Shown here piece by piece: positions 1-12,412 of a stretch of DNA of 64,000 bases. The notes under the pieces are model-generated. The model worked only from the letters and a program-made list of their open reading frames with translations. It made no database searches and was not told the DNA's origin. Position 1 is the stretch's first letter. Each line of letters opens with the position of its first letter. The translations under genes were made by a program, and so were the position numbers. Source of the stretch: Phoronis australis (Eukaryota > Animalia > Phoronida); the NCBI GenBank assembly GCA_002633005.1, contig NMRA01000121.1, positions 501,018 through 565,017 on the forward strand, given 5' to 3'.

Positions 1-220
1 TTAAATTTAGCAAAGGTAGGTATAATAATTGTTTGTTGCAGTGTGTTACTTTAGATGACATAAGGAACTGATGCCCTCTGATTGTCTTCCGACAACTACA
101 TGGAGACCGCGGTAACTTAGACAGACGTTAATACTTACTAATTTAGAAGAAATAAGCGACTGAAGCCCTCAGATTGCCTCCCGTCGGCCATTTCTGACGT
201 TTTGATTTCGGCTCGCAGTG

Positions 221-550
221 CTACATGGAGACCGCGGTAACTTAGACAGACCTACACAGGCCTTAAATTTTTCTCATTCATTTTGCAAGTTCTGTTGACT
301 TGATCTTTTAGCTACAAAACGGTGTCCGGGATTTTTAAGGCCTTTGATCCCGGGAACTCGGCTGTCAAAAATCAAGACCACCAAACTTTTCCCGGAAAGT
401 CGATATCTTGATTTTCGACAGTCGAGATCTCAGGCTCAAAGACCTAAAAAATCTTAGACGTCGTTTTGTAGCTAATAGACAAAATAAACAGAATTTACTA
501 CCCTTCTGGAAAAAAATGACACCTGTAGAAGTTATGGCGGTCTCCATGGA
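221..550. mobile_element. Degenerate MITE-like element with imperfect terminal inverted repeats; extra copy of the left end at 96-126
   Basis: CTACATGGAGACCGCGGTAACTTAGACAGAC occurs at 96-126 and 221-251; an inverted, diverged match (GAAGTTATGGCGGTCTCCATGG) occurs at ~528-550. Confidence 0.45.
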
Positions 551-739
551 AAATCACGATATTTTACGAAGAAACGTGGTCACGGTATTGCAAACGTTCG
601 AGCAACACTTTCGTCCACATTGTCGACTTTCCTGATTATCAATGATTCGAAAAATATATGTTGTTAATTACTGAAAATCAATATTTCAAAAGATATTAAA
701 AAAGAAACTGGCCTTCGTTAACGAAGGTAGGACCTTATG

Positions 740-1000
740 ACTAGAGTTGCCACTGGAGAACGAACTCCAGTTAGACGTTTGTTTACCCAAAGTTCATTTC
801 ATCAATCACAAAATGGTAATTGCAGACTGAGGATACGGATAATCCAAACCGGTCAACCAGTTTGCCTATGAGATGACCACAGAGGCGACTCAACTGACGA
901 TTCCTAGCACACCAGCAATGGTCTGCTTGCGGTCGGCTAGACGAGCGGTCGATCCTCGACTTATTTCAGATAGGTCGGACAAAATTCGTGATCTGTGTTC
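740..1000 (+). repeat. Dispersed repeat, unclassified
   Basis: Similar to 48710-48955 (GCCACTGGAGAACGAAC ... CCACAGAGGCGAC ... CGGACAAAA.TCGTGAT); partial matches at ~33985-34035 and ~36805-36830. Confidence 0.55.
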
Positions 1001-1804
1001 TGTACGTCTTTACTTGCTGCCGTTATTGTTTGAATTCTGTTTCTCGAATAGTTTATTAGCCGAATCAGAAATCTAGCTATGAATAGTAAGAAGTTATTTT
1101 TTTTGTCTACGTTTCTCCGAAACGTTTTTTCTTCTGCCCTCACCGAGCATACTGTAAATTTCTGTCTTTTGATTTCAGCAATTTCCATAAAACAGGTTAA
1201 GCCATGCGTAAAGTGTCTTTTATCCGAAAGCCAAAAAACAAAAGCTATGAGACTCATCGAGATGCAGGCCCCTGCAGTTGTAGAGAACAGGCTAGCACTG
1301 GGCCTGAGTCATTACGTCACTTCAAAAACTGAAAATAGAGCTGAAGTATGTTATACATTGGTTACCAAGACAACATTTAGTAAGACTAGTGATTATTATT
1401 CACGATTTAATTCTAAACATGGGGAGTAAAGCGAAACCGTACCAGTGATCTCTCCAACCGAAGTGTACCCCATTTGTCGGTAAGCCAACTCAAGAACATG
1501 AGTTATACTTTGTCTGGGACACGCTTACCACTCAACCCACGATTGTTGGGAAGTTCTGCACCGAGAGTGACCGACACCCTTCACGACAACATATCCGACA
1601 TAGGATTTCATAAATTAATTCATCCCAAAGCACTTTCCATACAGAAGCAACATTTTGAACACTTCTTTCCAGAATTCAAAGATAATTGATATCAATACAA
1701 TGTTTGTAGATAAAGCAAAATCCGACGATCCATATCACACCTATAGCATATCCGAAAGGCATGTTGACACGACAAGGGAAATTTTCTGAAAGCTTTACAC
1801 AAAC

Positions 1805-1863
1805 TCACCAAATCTTTTTGGCTCTCTTCCACATTCTGGTCTGATTTCTGGACGAATATGTAG
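1805..1863 (-). CDS. Possible terminal exon of the Sushi/C-type lectin gene (ATYSSRNQTRMWKRAKKIW*)
   Basis: AG acceptor after a TG-rich tract; phase 1 fits exon 3103-3225; no recognisable homology; the gap at 2206-2708 could hide other exons. Confidence 0.3.
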
Positions 1864-1877
1864 CTGCATAATATATG

Positions 1878-1995
1878 TGCACACATACACACAAACACGC
1901 ATGCACACGCACTCACACACACACAGGTCGCACGCGCGTACAAACACACACACATACAAACAAAGACACACACACACATGCAAACACACACACAC
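1878..1995. repeat. Imperfect (CA)n microsatellite
   Basis: Visible dinucleotide run. Confidence 0.9.
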
Positions 1996-2205
1996 GGTCA
2001 GGCAGTTGGTCTTGGCGACCCTCGAAATCAAACTCACGCCTGCATAACTGACAGAGACCACGTGATGAGGTCAAATCGACACCCACAACCTCTACTCTCC
2101 CCTCCCTACGTCCGTCTCTCCCCCGCCTCCCCGTCTCCATCAACTCCTTCATTTACCTCCTTCCCCTTTCCAATCCCTTTCTGTCCCATCTCGTTCTCTC
2201 CTCCT

Positions 2206-2708
2206 NNNNNNNNNNNNNNNNNNNNNNNNNNNNNNNNNNNNNNNNNNNNNNNNNNNNNNNNNNNNNNNNNNNNNNNNNNNNNNNNNNNNNNNNNNNNNNN
2301 NNNNNNNNNNNNNNNNNNNNNNNNNNNNNNNNNNNNNNNNNNNNNNNNNNNNNNNNNNNNNNNNNNNNNNNNNNNNNNNNNNNNNNNNNNNNNNNNNNNN
2401 NNNNNNNNNNNNNNNNNNNNNNNNNNNNNNNNNNNNNNNNNNNNNNNNNNNNNNNNNNNNNNNNNNNNNNNNNNNNNNNNNNNNNNNNNNNNNNNNNNNN
2501 NNNNNNNNNNNNNNNNNNNNNNNNNNNNNNNNNNNNNNNNNNNNNNNNNNNNNNNNNNNNNNNNNNNNNNNNNNNNNNNNNNNNNNNNNNNNNNNNNNNN
2601 NNNNNNNNNNNNNNNNNNNNNNNNNNNNNNNNNNNNNNNNNNNNNNNNNNNNNNNNNNNNNNNNNNNNNNNNNNNNNNNNNNNNNNNNNNNNNNNNNNNN
2701 NNNNNNNN
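2206..2708. other. Assembly gap flanked by CT-rich low-complexity sequence
   Basis: Run of N. Confidence 1.
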
Positions 2709-3102
2709 TCTCTCCCCCTCCCCCCTCTCTCTAGCTCTTCCTCTTTCCTCCTCCTCCTTTCTCCCTCACAGCACAGAAATTTAGAAGACAACAAGCACTA
2801 ATCTGCCAACTAAACGAAAAAATAATTACCAAACAAGCTCTGTGTCAAATACATTGTCACCATACGCTTTCCTGAATTTTCATCAATTTAGAGCATGTGA
2901 TTTTGTGAGCCGAAAGATTGCTCGCATATTTTAAACAATATACATGTCTGTCGTAAATGTACGCTTCGACAAGTAAAAGTCAAATAGTGATTCTTTATTT
3001 TTAAAACAGCAGTCCTGTTTCTCCCTCCCTCAGCCACCCTACCCCTCTCGCCCTCCCTCTCTCCAGCCTCCCTCGTGAATTGGACCAGTCCTGGGCACTT
3101 AC

Positions 3103-3225
3103 CTCCCTTACAAACGAAAGCTTTCTTTAAAAAACATTCTGCAACAATCCACCTGTCATAACTGCCTTTTTTCGAAGCCACACAGAGGCCTTTACTTCCC
3201 GCGCCAAAGGAGCTGTCGGGAAACC
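3103..3225 (-). CDS. C-type lectin domain, C-terminal exon
   Basis: GLCVASKKGSYDRWIVAECFLKKAFVCK fits the CTLD C..W...C.....FVC pattern; canonical splice sites. Confidence 0.85.
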
Positions 3226-6200
3226 CTGTGAACGAAAAAAGTTGGTATCTGCGTTATAGTTGGTGGCGAATTGCACATTGGTTGTACTACGTATGCATAC
3301 ATAATTTGGTTTATAGATACAACTTTCCTAAACTGTGTGTCACAACATGTTGTGCGTGTAACAAGTTGGACCGCGTACTGTACTAAGCGGAGGCCCAGGA
3401 TGCACGTGTCGAGCAATAATTTACAGCGCCAGTTGGAAGGCGTTGGTCGCCATTCGTCGGTATTCCTAGATAAGCTCTTCAAGCCAATAGTCAGACAACC
3501 AAAACGCATCTATTCAGGGGTGCATTCTTGTTTTTTCACTCACGTTTTCTTACAACCCGCTCAAACCAAGGACTCTTTTAAAAATCCTACGTCTTTCATT
3601 TCAAAACTCGTGGGCCTTGTCACTAAGGGGAGTTTGCATTACTCCCAATAGCCCGCGACTCTTCCCGAGCGGCTGTTTCATTTCACAAATCTAAGGTACA
3701 TCAATTCACGAACACCACTCTATTGGAATTTGTGGTGTTCATCATTTTTCATTGTTATTGTCTTTCTTTTGGGGACGTTCATTTGAAACATGCAATAAGT
3801 GGAAATTACAATCGTATATGTAGAATGAAAAACTTAAATTTCTCTAGCGTTGTAATAGCTGGGGTAGGTGCACACCAGCCCCATGAGTGGGATACATGTA
3901 CGCTCGTCCATTGCCTCCTGATAGAGGAACTCTGCTCAAAAATTGCTTACTAATATAGCTGACGGGGGAGCCATTGGGGCGCTGGAAAATGCCGTCGTTG
4001 TTTGGATCATGTACTCCCAGCCACCAGTCATCAACTGCGCCCTGCAACCAAATCGACACTGTCTTCATACATCATATTACCGTGTCATCAAATGATTCAG
4101 AAAATCACATAACCAAAAACTGAAAATAATATTTTGCAACAAAAATCTTGAATGCAAGTTCACACTATTAGTCGACTGAATCCTGGAGTGTCTTAACAGG
4201 ACTGTAGGGATCCAGGCACAGTAGTCTCTCGCGCCTCTTATGTGGAATCCAATGGCGGCCAATGCCACATTTTCCATACTACAACCTGACGTCCATGATA
4301 ACTCTTGATTGACATTAAATGCAATCGTAAACTGGTTTTGAATGTCCGATTGACTCCCGCGCTGGGTCAAATGTTTCGAACGATATCGGCCAGTTGGCGG
4401 CAGGGTTATACAAAACTCCTCTCCCTCGTTGTGAAACCAATAACCTGACAATTACAACTTATAACCTGGGGTGTTTTTGGAGAGAACTATTATCACAATA
4501 CTGATTTCGTTGTTGGACATCATCCCTGAACTCTAAAATTATAGGCCGGGCAAAACATAAAGGTATCTGAAGGTCACGCAGTTCAATGGCCAAGGACGTG
4601 AAGGTTCGCTTGCCTCGAAAATTTATTAACTGTGTTGGTTCGTTGTCAACGACTATATACGGGGACACTGATCAAAGTATAGCTATCAGATTTTCAAAAC
4701 ACACGGGAATTTGGTTTTAGTTTTATGCAATGATTTTTTATATAAAAATCCTAAAATTCTTGTTTTGTATAACCGTAACTGGACGATCTCTAACAATGTT
4801 TTGGGAAACAATGCATAACTCAAAGTATCTGAAAGTCTCATTTGAATCTGATGGGCAATATCTGAGATATGCTGTTGACCTAGCTAAATATGAACATTGT
4901 AACTTCGAAGTTGCAATTACTAACCGTCCAACCAAACGTGACAAAGACATAATCTATCCATACATCTTCTGCTTTGTCTTCAGGTGTAGCTAATACCATA
5001 CCGTTGGAGTGACACGTCTGTTGGGAAGCGGCCCAATCTAGATGCGGGGTTCTTACAAACAAATAGCTTTTGGATGAACTGAGTCTTTGACGAAATACAG
5101 CGTCACCTGAAATGCACAAAAAACACTTTCGGTCAAGCCAAGGCAATTGTAAGAATGGCTAGACTCAGTCACCTACTAGGCCTATCTAGATGGTTTCACA
5201 ATTTTGTCTGAAACGAATACAGCCCTCTACGCTGAAAAGGAACATTCACGCACTCGAATAGTTATTAAGTAACTTTTCCAGCATTGGTGTAGTTTTAAAG
5301 TCACGCTTATTCGGTAAAACATTAGTCAGTTTTCTTGAGACATAATAAATCAGGTATTTTAGTAGACGACAAGTTTGTCCTCAAATGTGAACGTTATCGG
5401 CGCATGTGTAGATTTCAGTCATGACTTTCAAAATGGAGAATGATTGGCCGTATAACCAATGTTCGTACATGAGCAGATAGCGCTCACCTACCTGCCAGGT
5501 AAACTTGAGATAAGGTGGCACTGTACAGTTACAGCTAAGCACTCTCTAGAAAACAAATGTGAGGGGTAGACCACGTTAGCGGAAGTTGTAATAAATTTAC
5601 TTTCAGAATTTACCGTTAGTGTGTGCTCACGTCGAGCTAAGACAGTGAAGCAGTATTTTTGGGTTGAAAAAATGTCAGTTTTTCGTTTTTTCCACTTATC
5701 TAAGCCTAGCTTCCTTGTCGGTGGAAACAAACGGTTCAAAATATGAGTAGCTCTTTTGAGGTTAAATGACACGCAATTTTTCATTCTGTCCCTGGCGTTT
5801 TCGACTGATAGTGAAGTTCACTACCAGGAAAAACTCAGTGAGAAGTGTTCAGCGCTTTCTAACGAAAATACCTTAGGTGTTCCGCACAAACCGTATTTTA
5901 AAATCAAACGATCTGTTTACGCTATTTCGTCGAAATTTAAGATTCTATGGATAAGTATTGACGTATTGGCAATCGTCTCTATTGCTTCCTAATTCATATC
6001 ACCCAAAAGGCGTTTCAAATCTTCAAGTTTGCCCACTTCAGTAAAAACAGCAGATCTCTTGTAAACTCTCTGATAGCAGTTGTGGGGGAACTGGAATAAA
6101 TCTTGTTCTCTAGATTGCTTATGCGTCAGCATTGGCTTTGTACTTAACAAAACTTGATATTAAGTAAAGGAAATGTTAAAACACTTTCAAACGAAAATTT

Positions 6201-9200
6201 AGAAGGAATCTGTCTTTTTGATACACAAATACATAACGTTTTTTGCAATAATATTCTTGCCAAACACGACCTCTCTGTCTAATCTTGAGATTACTCAAGC
6301 ATACTCAGATTTCCATATTTAATCTGGTATTCTAAGTTTACACAGGACATATCGACCAACTAATCCACCAAAACCATGCAATCTCATAAAATATGCTTCC
6401 GGAGCATGACCTACGATCTCATGCATCATCATGAATACTAAATTAGGTAGAGTAAAAATTAATTCTCTTGTGTTTTCCACGGGAGAATGAGGCCCTTTAA
6501 GACCAACATTTTTCGAAATAGATAGACTGGATTATCGCCAACATGTTCAGAATTGTCACAAACTCGTTTTTCTTCATGAGAAGTATCCGTGCTCAAGTTG
6601 GAGCGCCTTGTACGATGGCACTTTGTACCATCGGCCACGTTTTCACGAAGTCCTCCGGTCGCAGTATCAGTATTTATACTGTTAGTTAGCCCTCGATTCA
6701 AATGAAATGCATGCTTTTAAATTACTTTGGGTGACAATATGTGTCGTCTTTGTCGGCGTAAATTGTCATACTCGACATATGAATTATGTGTCGAGTGTGA
6801 CAATCTATCACAACAGCGTGTCGCTAGGGACCAGTTGTATGTTTCCCGTAGGAACGTGAACAAAAGGTAATATACTCCCTCGTTCTCTAATCATTTTAAA
6901 ATATGGAAAACCTTTCCGAAAGTATACGATTACAAATGCTGGAATGACCGGCTGGTTTTAGAAATTCGTTTTTAAATCAATCGGTCGGTTGCTAAGCACC
7001 GTCAAGAATTGAAAAAGTGGACAGTGTCAGTCTCTTTTTCAACTTATAACTAGGAATCACGGTGTTGTGTCTGATTTTTTAAAACAAAAAATGTCTCACA
7101 AGCCAAGTTAAACAGTAGCACGATCGACTCACCACCGCACGTCGGTGCAATACCACTCCACGCACCATCTTCTAAACACCAAACTATCTTGTTTCCCGAC
7201 AGGAAAATGTAGTCATCCAAACAAGCAAACTCGGTAATACTTCGGTGTCTGGTTCCATTGGAAAAAATGACTGTCGTCGTTCCTTCGTCGTAGATCAGTG
7301 GCGGGCATTTTATCTCTAAATGGTGTTTTGAAGAGAACAACACCATGCTATTGTGAAACGTCATACAACTTAACAGGGATACTTAAGCTTTCATTGAACG
7401 GAAGTTTGTCACTTTAAATGCACTGGGTTACCGAGATTACTCTACCAACATTTAAGAAGCATAAGAAAACACAATTCAATTATTCAAACGCAGGCTCGTA
7501 AAATGATAGTAGAATAATCCTTCTCGCGCCGTACCGATCGCAAGAACATAGAAAAATTAAAGGAAGGCCGAACGAAGTTGTATTGAACAAAATACCGCTC
7601 GAGGATTCTTGTGCTTACGTAGACCAATGTATGGCAAAAACCTTAATCGGCAATTACATTTGGTAATTCATAGCACAGATCTGCTCACAGTATGTTGTAG
7701 CAACCAAGTTCACCCGCGTTCCCGTTCATGGTAGGCCATGAGTAAACACCAAGAACTGAGATTTGAAAACATATATTGCATCCTAGAACAGAACAGTGTT
7801 CTGGAAATTTGATTCTTCATGTTGCTTGATAAGCAAAGTAGATTCCTTTAGAATTGCAACTCCATTGAAACTGGGTAAACGATTAGTGATCTATGATTTG
7901 ATCTGAATCTACGTAGAGTAATCAATGTATTACACATTCTCAACGTCCTGTGATACTCATAATTTCATTTTAGAACAGATAGCATTTCCAGTTGATCACT
8001 GCCAAGGCAGGTTGCAACGTTTATTGGTTACTATGATACAGTTGCATTGATATTTTTGAGAAATCAATCACCTTGCTAAAAATCAACGATTTCTGCTCTC
8101 CATTTTAGACCGTGGGTAGAGGAATTGGTGCACATCTTTATGTAAGAAAAATCAGCTACATGTATTTATTAAGCGCGCGATGAGATCATATTAAAATCCC
8201 GGGCAGTTTCACATCCCATAGTTGGAGTTGTTAATGACGTACCAACAAATCAGGTGGCCAAAGTGATCGTTTGGGTATTTCGGTCGAATGAGTACTTTGA
8301 TATCTCACGTATTTGAAACTTTGAGGTAAACTGTATCAATAACATCGGTTTGAGAACACAGATAACTGAAACAGTAACCATGGGGGATCAATTGGTATTG
8401 TCTTCCATTTACACGGTTACCAGAATAATGTTTTTGTCTGGGTTTTGAATATGGAGCACCACTATATACTCAGGTTTATGGGTAAGAACTACCCGAGCTT
8501 AATGTTTTCACAAGAGGTGTATTTTTTCATGGCCGCGCCTCTAAATTCCAACTCCGATCTTTTAACCCCCAGTACCGGGGACCATATTTAACACCTCATT
8601 CAGACTAGGGCAGCACTTTTGGCACACAAATAGCCAACACCAAGCCAACTCTGTTAGTATTATCTGCAGAGAACCCAATAAGGAGCTACTGTACATTAAA
8701 GAGTCATTGGCCATTCAGAACCAGCATGCCACTGAATCTCTGAATAACATGCAGAGCTCAGTGACCCTGCAACTATGGTGATGACCAGCTACTGACCATA
8801 TTCTATGTATCTCTCACTTCACTCTGTGGATGTTACCTGAACTGTATGTTGGCACTTGTTGTCCTAAATTGTTGTAAATATGATCCTGATGATGTCTAAT
8901 GAAAAGACGAAACGTTGAATTGAACATGAACTTTTTTATTTGTGCGGCGATCGTCCGGTTTTTGATCTTATTGTGGCCAGAAACTGATTTAATTCACTTT
9001 TGGCACGTGTGTGGAGTTTAGTGTCGCGGGTCTGGCGATTCGTACCGGGGGTTTAGTATCCTCTGATCCGGGACTGGAGATTAGAAGATCGTAGCTGGAC
9101 TCGTGTCCAGCTCTTAGAGGAGTTCCAGGGTAGTTTCATGGTCATGGTCACAAGACAAACTAGACTTTTCCGACTATTATCTGGATACTTATCATGCGCG

Positions 9201-12200
9201 CACCCACCCTTTAATATGGAGGACTCGAATTTCTGTCAAAGTGGACCGTGGACCTTTTGCTAACAAAAAAGCGGGAGGACTAAAAAAACAGGGTACCACC
9301 TTCAGGTCTGTGAAATGTGCGTCTGCGCCTTAGTGGACTTTTGTCTCGTTTCCTCTGACTTTTTGTACCTCTGAGGCGGACCTTTTTACCCACTTCGCCA
9401 AATGGGGGGGGCTCGTTCGAGCCCCCCGAGCGCCCCTGGGTGCACGCATGCTTATTACAAAGTAGGACTTTTTTAACCGCACTAGCGTTCTCTATTACGT
9501 CGTCTTTCCTTTCAAGATAATTTTCACATACATTGTAATTAGATTTAGCTTTTCTTATGAATCACACCTCTTTTCAGCTTACAGCGACGATTCAGGAGGA
9601 AAGCAAAATGTAAGAAACGAATTTCGGCGCATGAACCATTGAGATAAATATATTCACGCCACGAAAACATAGTTATAATAGTTCACGTATTCATGTCAAA
9701 ACAGCACAATTAATGAGAATGTCATGATGGAAAACGACTCATTAACCTGAATACCAAATGACAGAAAACTATGCTGCTTTGAAAAATAACACAATGACCG
9801 TTTACTAGAGATTGGTGCCCACGAACGTCTTACTATGGCAAATCAAAAGTTAACCAATACAAGGTTCGTGCTCAACACATACATGTACTTTCTTATATCT
9901 TCGGAGACGAAAGATTGTCGCCAATATAAAAGCAGTACTTCGTTTCAGATTGAAACGTCTGCATCTCCGTTGAGTGAGTCACTGTTCCATTCCTGTTCGG
10001 TAAAAGGGGTGACCCACAGTGGGGTTTAATTTGACATGTGAACAAGGGACCGCTATTTGTCAAAACTTGACGGAATTTCTTGTTACAGGACACTCCCTGG
10101 TGTCAATACACATTGACAAAGAGTGGAATGCAGATGGTATCTTGATATCAAAAAATGCATCTACTCCTTTATAGTAATACGATGAATGTTTTCAGTCATC
10201 CAGTTGGGCAATATAAGAAACAATAAATAAATCTACTACTGGACTTACGTATGTAGAGATGGCTACGTTGCGTCCTCCTCTCGAGGACTTCATCAGGCCA
10301 CTGAGTTGTCACGTGACTTGTCATGTGATCCGTCGTGTAGTTTCCGCGGGATTCTCTTCACTTCTCTCACTTACCTAGGACATGGGATAGGGCGCTGAAG
10401 AGAATCCCGCGGAAACTACACGACGGATCACATGACAAGTCACGTGACAACTCAGTGGCCTGATGAAGTCCTCGAGAGGAGGACGCAACGTAGCCATCTC
10501 TACATACGTAAGTCCAGTAGTAGACTTATTTATTGTTCCTTTATAGTAAGATAAAAACATTGTATTTATAAAGCACGGGAAGCGCAGTCATTGATTGTTT
10601 TTTCATGCCCAACGTTTCCGACTTCATGATTACTGTGGTTGCGTCCACACTGTCGTGTTCGAGACGATTTCGTTGTATCCGTGGCCGTCCTTTGCACCGT
10701 CAATGGTGGCGTGGACGCTGTCGCGGAAATTGCTGCTGTAGTCGTCACTTAGTTATCAAGTCGATTTCGTCACTGGAAGTGTCGCACCGTCAGAACGTTA
10801 TTGTTACCACTCAAAGGTGTATGCAACTTATAAAGAACTCACTTTTAGTACTTTGTTAGGTGCTGTTACATAATAGATGAATCATCGGATGTCAGGGCGG
10901 CGCACCATAGGGGGCTGGGGGCTGTAGCACCACTTTTTTCAGTGTTACGCCGCCCATGATCTATGGGTGGTGCACCACAGGGGGGCTGAGCGGCTTTAGC
11001 CCCCCAATTTTTTCAGTCTGCGCCGCCCATGACGTAGTCTATTCTGACACTAACATTGTTGCAAATAGCTTCTGCATGCAAATGGAATTGAGATGAAGCT
11101 GCCTAGTTCTGGATGGTGTTGGTCATCCACTCGGGTTTGGTGCTTCAGAGCCCTTTTTACTTCTCGAAGACCGATGTCACTTTCTTTTAGTAACGAAATT
11201 TTTGTTTAAGATTGGGAATGAGAAGGAAATGGCGGCCTAAGGGACATATCCCTATGTAAAAATACATTGCAGCATTGGTACTCACCAAGGCAGACTATGT
11301 CTGAACCAGACCAGTCTCTGAGGTACGCTAAACATTTTCTAACCCTGTCGCCCGCTGCGTGCTTGAATCCTGGATCACACTCGAAAACAACCTCTTCACC
11401 CGCCTTGGACTGCGCAGAACAATGAGAAATACATCTTGCGTTTGGCGGTGTGGTTAACGAAGGGCACATGTTCCAAGCTAAAATGAAATATAGCCTGCCT
11501 CAGTTCAAATCTTCATTCATTTTAGCAGAGGATTTGGAAAAGTGAGAATGGGAATCACATTTCAAAAATCTCGTACAAACATATATACTGGTGACTATGT
11601 AAACTACACTAATGTCGGTTGCAAAGGCGCCACAGCGGAGGGAGACAGGAGATGGCAATGGCCCCAAGATTTAAACAAGAATTATGAAAGATAAAACAAT
11701 TTCTGACAGCGAAGCATCCAGTGGCTAAACAAAGGAAATGCTACAGAATCGACATTGACAGGGAAACATATACAAGAGAGACAGGTTAGATTGAAAAGAG
11801 GACTAAACGCCAACTATTTTATGGACGTATTTTTTGTTATTGTGACACATTGAAAACAATTCATACAATATTTGAAAGAAACACACCCAAGCCATTGGGC
11901 TTATACGTCAATGATTGCAATTGTATGACAGTATATAAACACCTCCTACGTTTAAATTGCTTCATAAACAAAACCAGAAAGCTCAGTCTCTGAACCAATA
12001 ATGCCTTAATAATTTCGATTTTGTCTTTAGTTATGCCTGAAGAATTGAGTTCATTATTTACGAAACGTAGAGTATGGATTAAATTGTCAGGTGTGTGAGC
12101 TTTACTGCCGAATTTGGATGGCCATAAATGATGCTGTAAACGAGGTTTTCATTTTTCCAATGCAAGTTTATCCCTAAAAATGTTGCATAAGTTGCGGAGT

Positions 12201-12412
12201 AAATTTACCGGTACACGGCGAAACATACACAGAAACAGCATCCGTTGGCTTACTCGGCGCATCCACCGAGCCTTACCCTACACCTACATGTATAAAAACT
12301 GTATGCGTTGAAGAAAAAAAGAAATTTGCTCACCACAGTCGACAACAAAATTGTTCTTCGATAGTACATACAGCAGCAGTCCAACCCATGAGGACAAAAG
12401 CATTCTGCACAT
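3103..12412 (-). CDS. Secreted protein: signal peptide + 2 Sushi/CCP domains + C-type lectin-like domain (gene span)
   Basis: Phase-consistent GT-AG exons 12412-12334, 11477-11286, 7315-7133, 5106-4925, 4041-3951, 3225-3103. Confidence 0.8.
3951..4041 (-). CDS. C-type lectin domain, middle exon
   Basis: DDWWLGVHDPNNDGIFQRPNGSPVSY (WIGL-type motif); phase 0-1. Confidence 0.85.
4925..5106 (-). CDS. C-type lectin domain, N-terminal exon
   Basis: SYLFVRTPHLDWAASQQTCHSNGMVLATPEDKAEDVWI; phase 1-0. Confidence 0.85.
7133..7315 (-). CDS. Sushi/CCP domain exon
   Basis: IKCPPL...FACLDDYIFLSGNKIVWCLEDGAWSGIAPTC; phase 1-1. Confidence 0.9.
8640..8960 (+). mobile_element. Penelope-like element 3' fragment (GIY-YIG tail + pLTR)
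   Basis: VSIICREPNKELLYIKESLAIQNQHATESLNNMQSSVTLQLW* resembles PLE endonuclease C-termini; hammerhead core follows. Confidence 0.7.
8883..8920 (+). ncRNA. Minimal hammerhead ribozyme-like motif (degenerate stem I)
   Basis: CTGATGA - stem II GTCT/AGAC - GAAA - palindromic AACGTT. Confidence 0.6.
9193..9450. mobile_element. MITE with 14-bp TIR and 5-bp TSD
   Basis: CATGCGCGCACCCA ... TGGGTGCACGCATG (13/14 match), flanked by CTTAT on both sides. Confidence 0.65.
10212..10545. mobile_element. Fold-back (inverted pLTR) Penelope-derived element with a hammerhead-like motif in each arm
   Basis: Perfect 129-bp inverted repeat 10232-10360 / 10396-10524 with a 35-bp spacer; the arm contains GGC-CTGATGA-AGTCCTC..GAGGAC-GCAA-CGTA-GCC. 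Confidence 0.75.
10457..10495 (+). ncRNA. Minimal type I hammerhead motif with GAAA>GCAA change (mirror copy on minus strand at 10261-10299)
   Basis: Stem I GGC/GCC, CUGAUGA, stem II GUCCUC/GAGGAC, GUA cleavage triplet; one core A is replaced by C. Confidence 0.6.
10892..11030. mobile_element. Tandem pair of ~70-bp micro-MITEs (same family as 25431 and 38153)
   Basis: Ends CA(T)GGG(C/T)GG(C/T)GCAC ... GCCGCCCATG. Confidence 0.55.
11286..11477 (-). CDS. Sushi/CCP domain exon
   Basis: MCPSLTTPPNA...GEEVVFECDPGFKHAAGDRVRKCLAYLRDWSGSDIVC; phase 1-1. Confidence 0.9.
11690..12085 (+). mobile_element. Degenerate Penelope-like 3' fragment with hammerhead relic
   Basis: Decayed HPVAK / RLKR endonuclease-tail-like words; CTGAAGA...CGAAACGTA at ~12037-12069. 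Confidence 0.4.
12334..12412 (-). CDS. First coding exon (signal peptide) of the Sushi/lectin gene
   Basis: MCRMLLSSWVGLLLYVLSKNNFVVDC then G|GTGAGC donor in phase 1, matching the Sushi exon acceptor phase. Confidence 0.65.

Noticed and set aside
1692-2794. Long ORFs (CVCV..., X-runs)
   Set aside because: Artefacts of the CA microsatellite, CT-rich sequence and the N gap
9893-10093. HCGSPLLPNRNGTV as a third Sushi exon
   Set aside because: Remaining Cys/Trp pattern and suitable splice sites are missing
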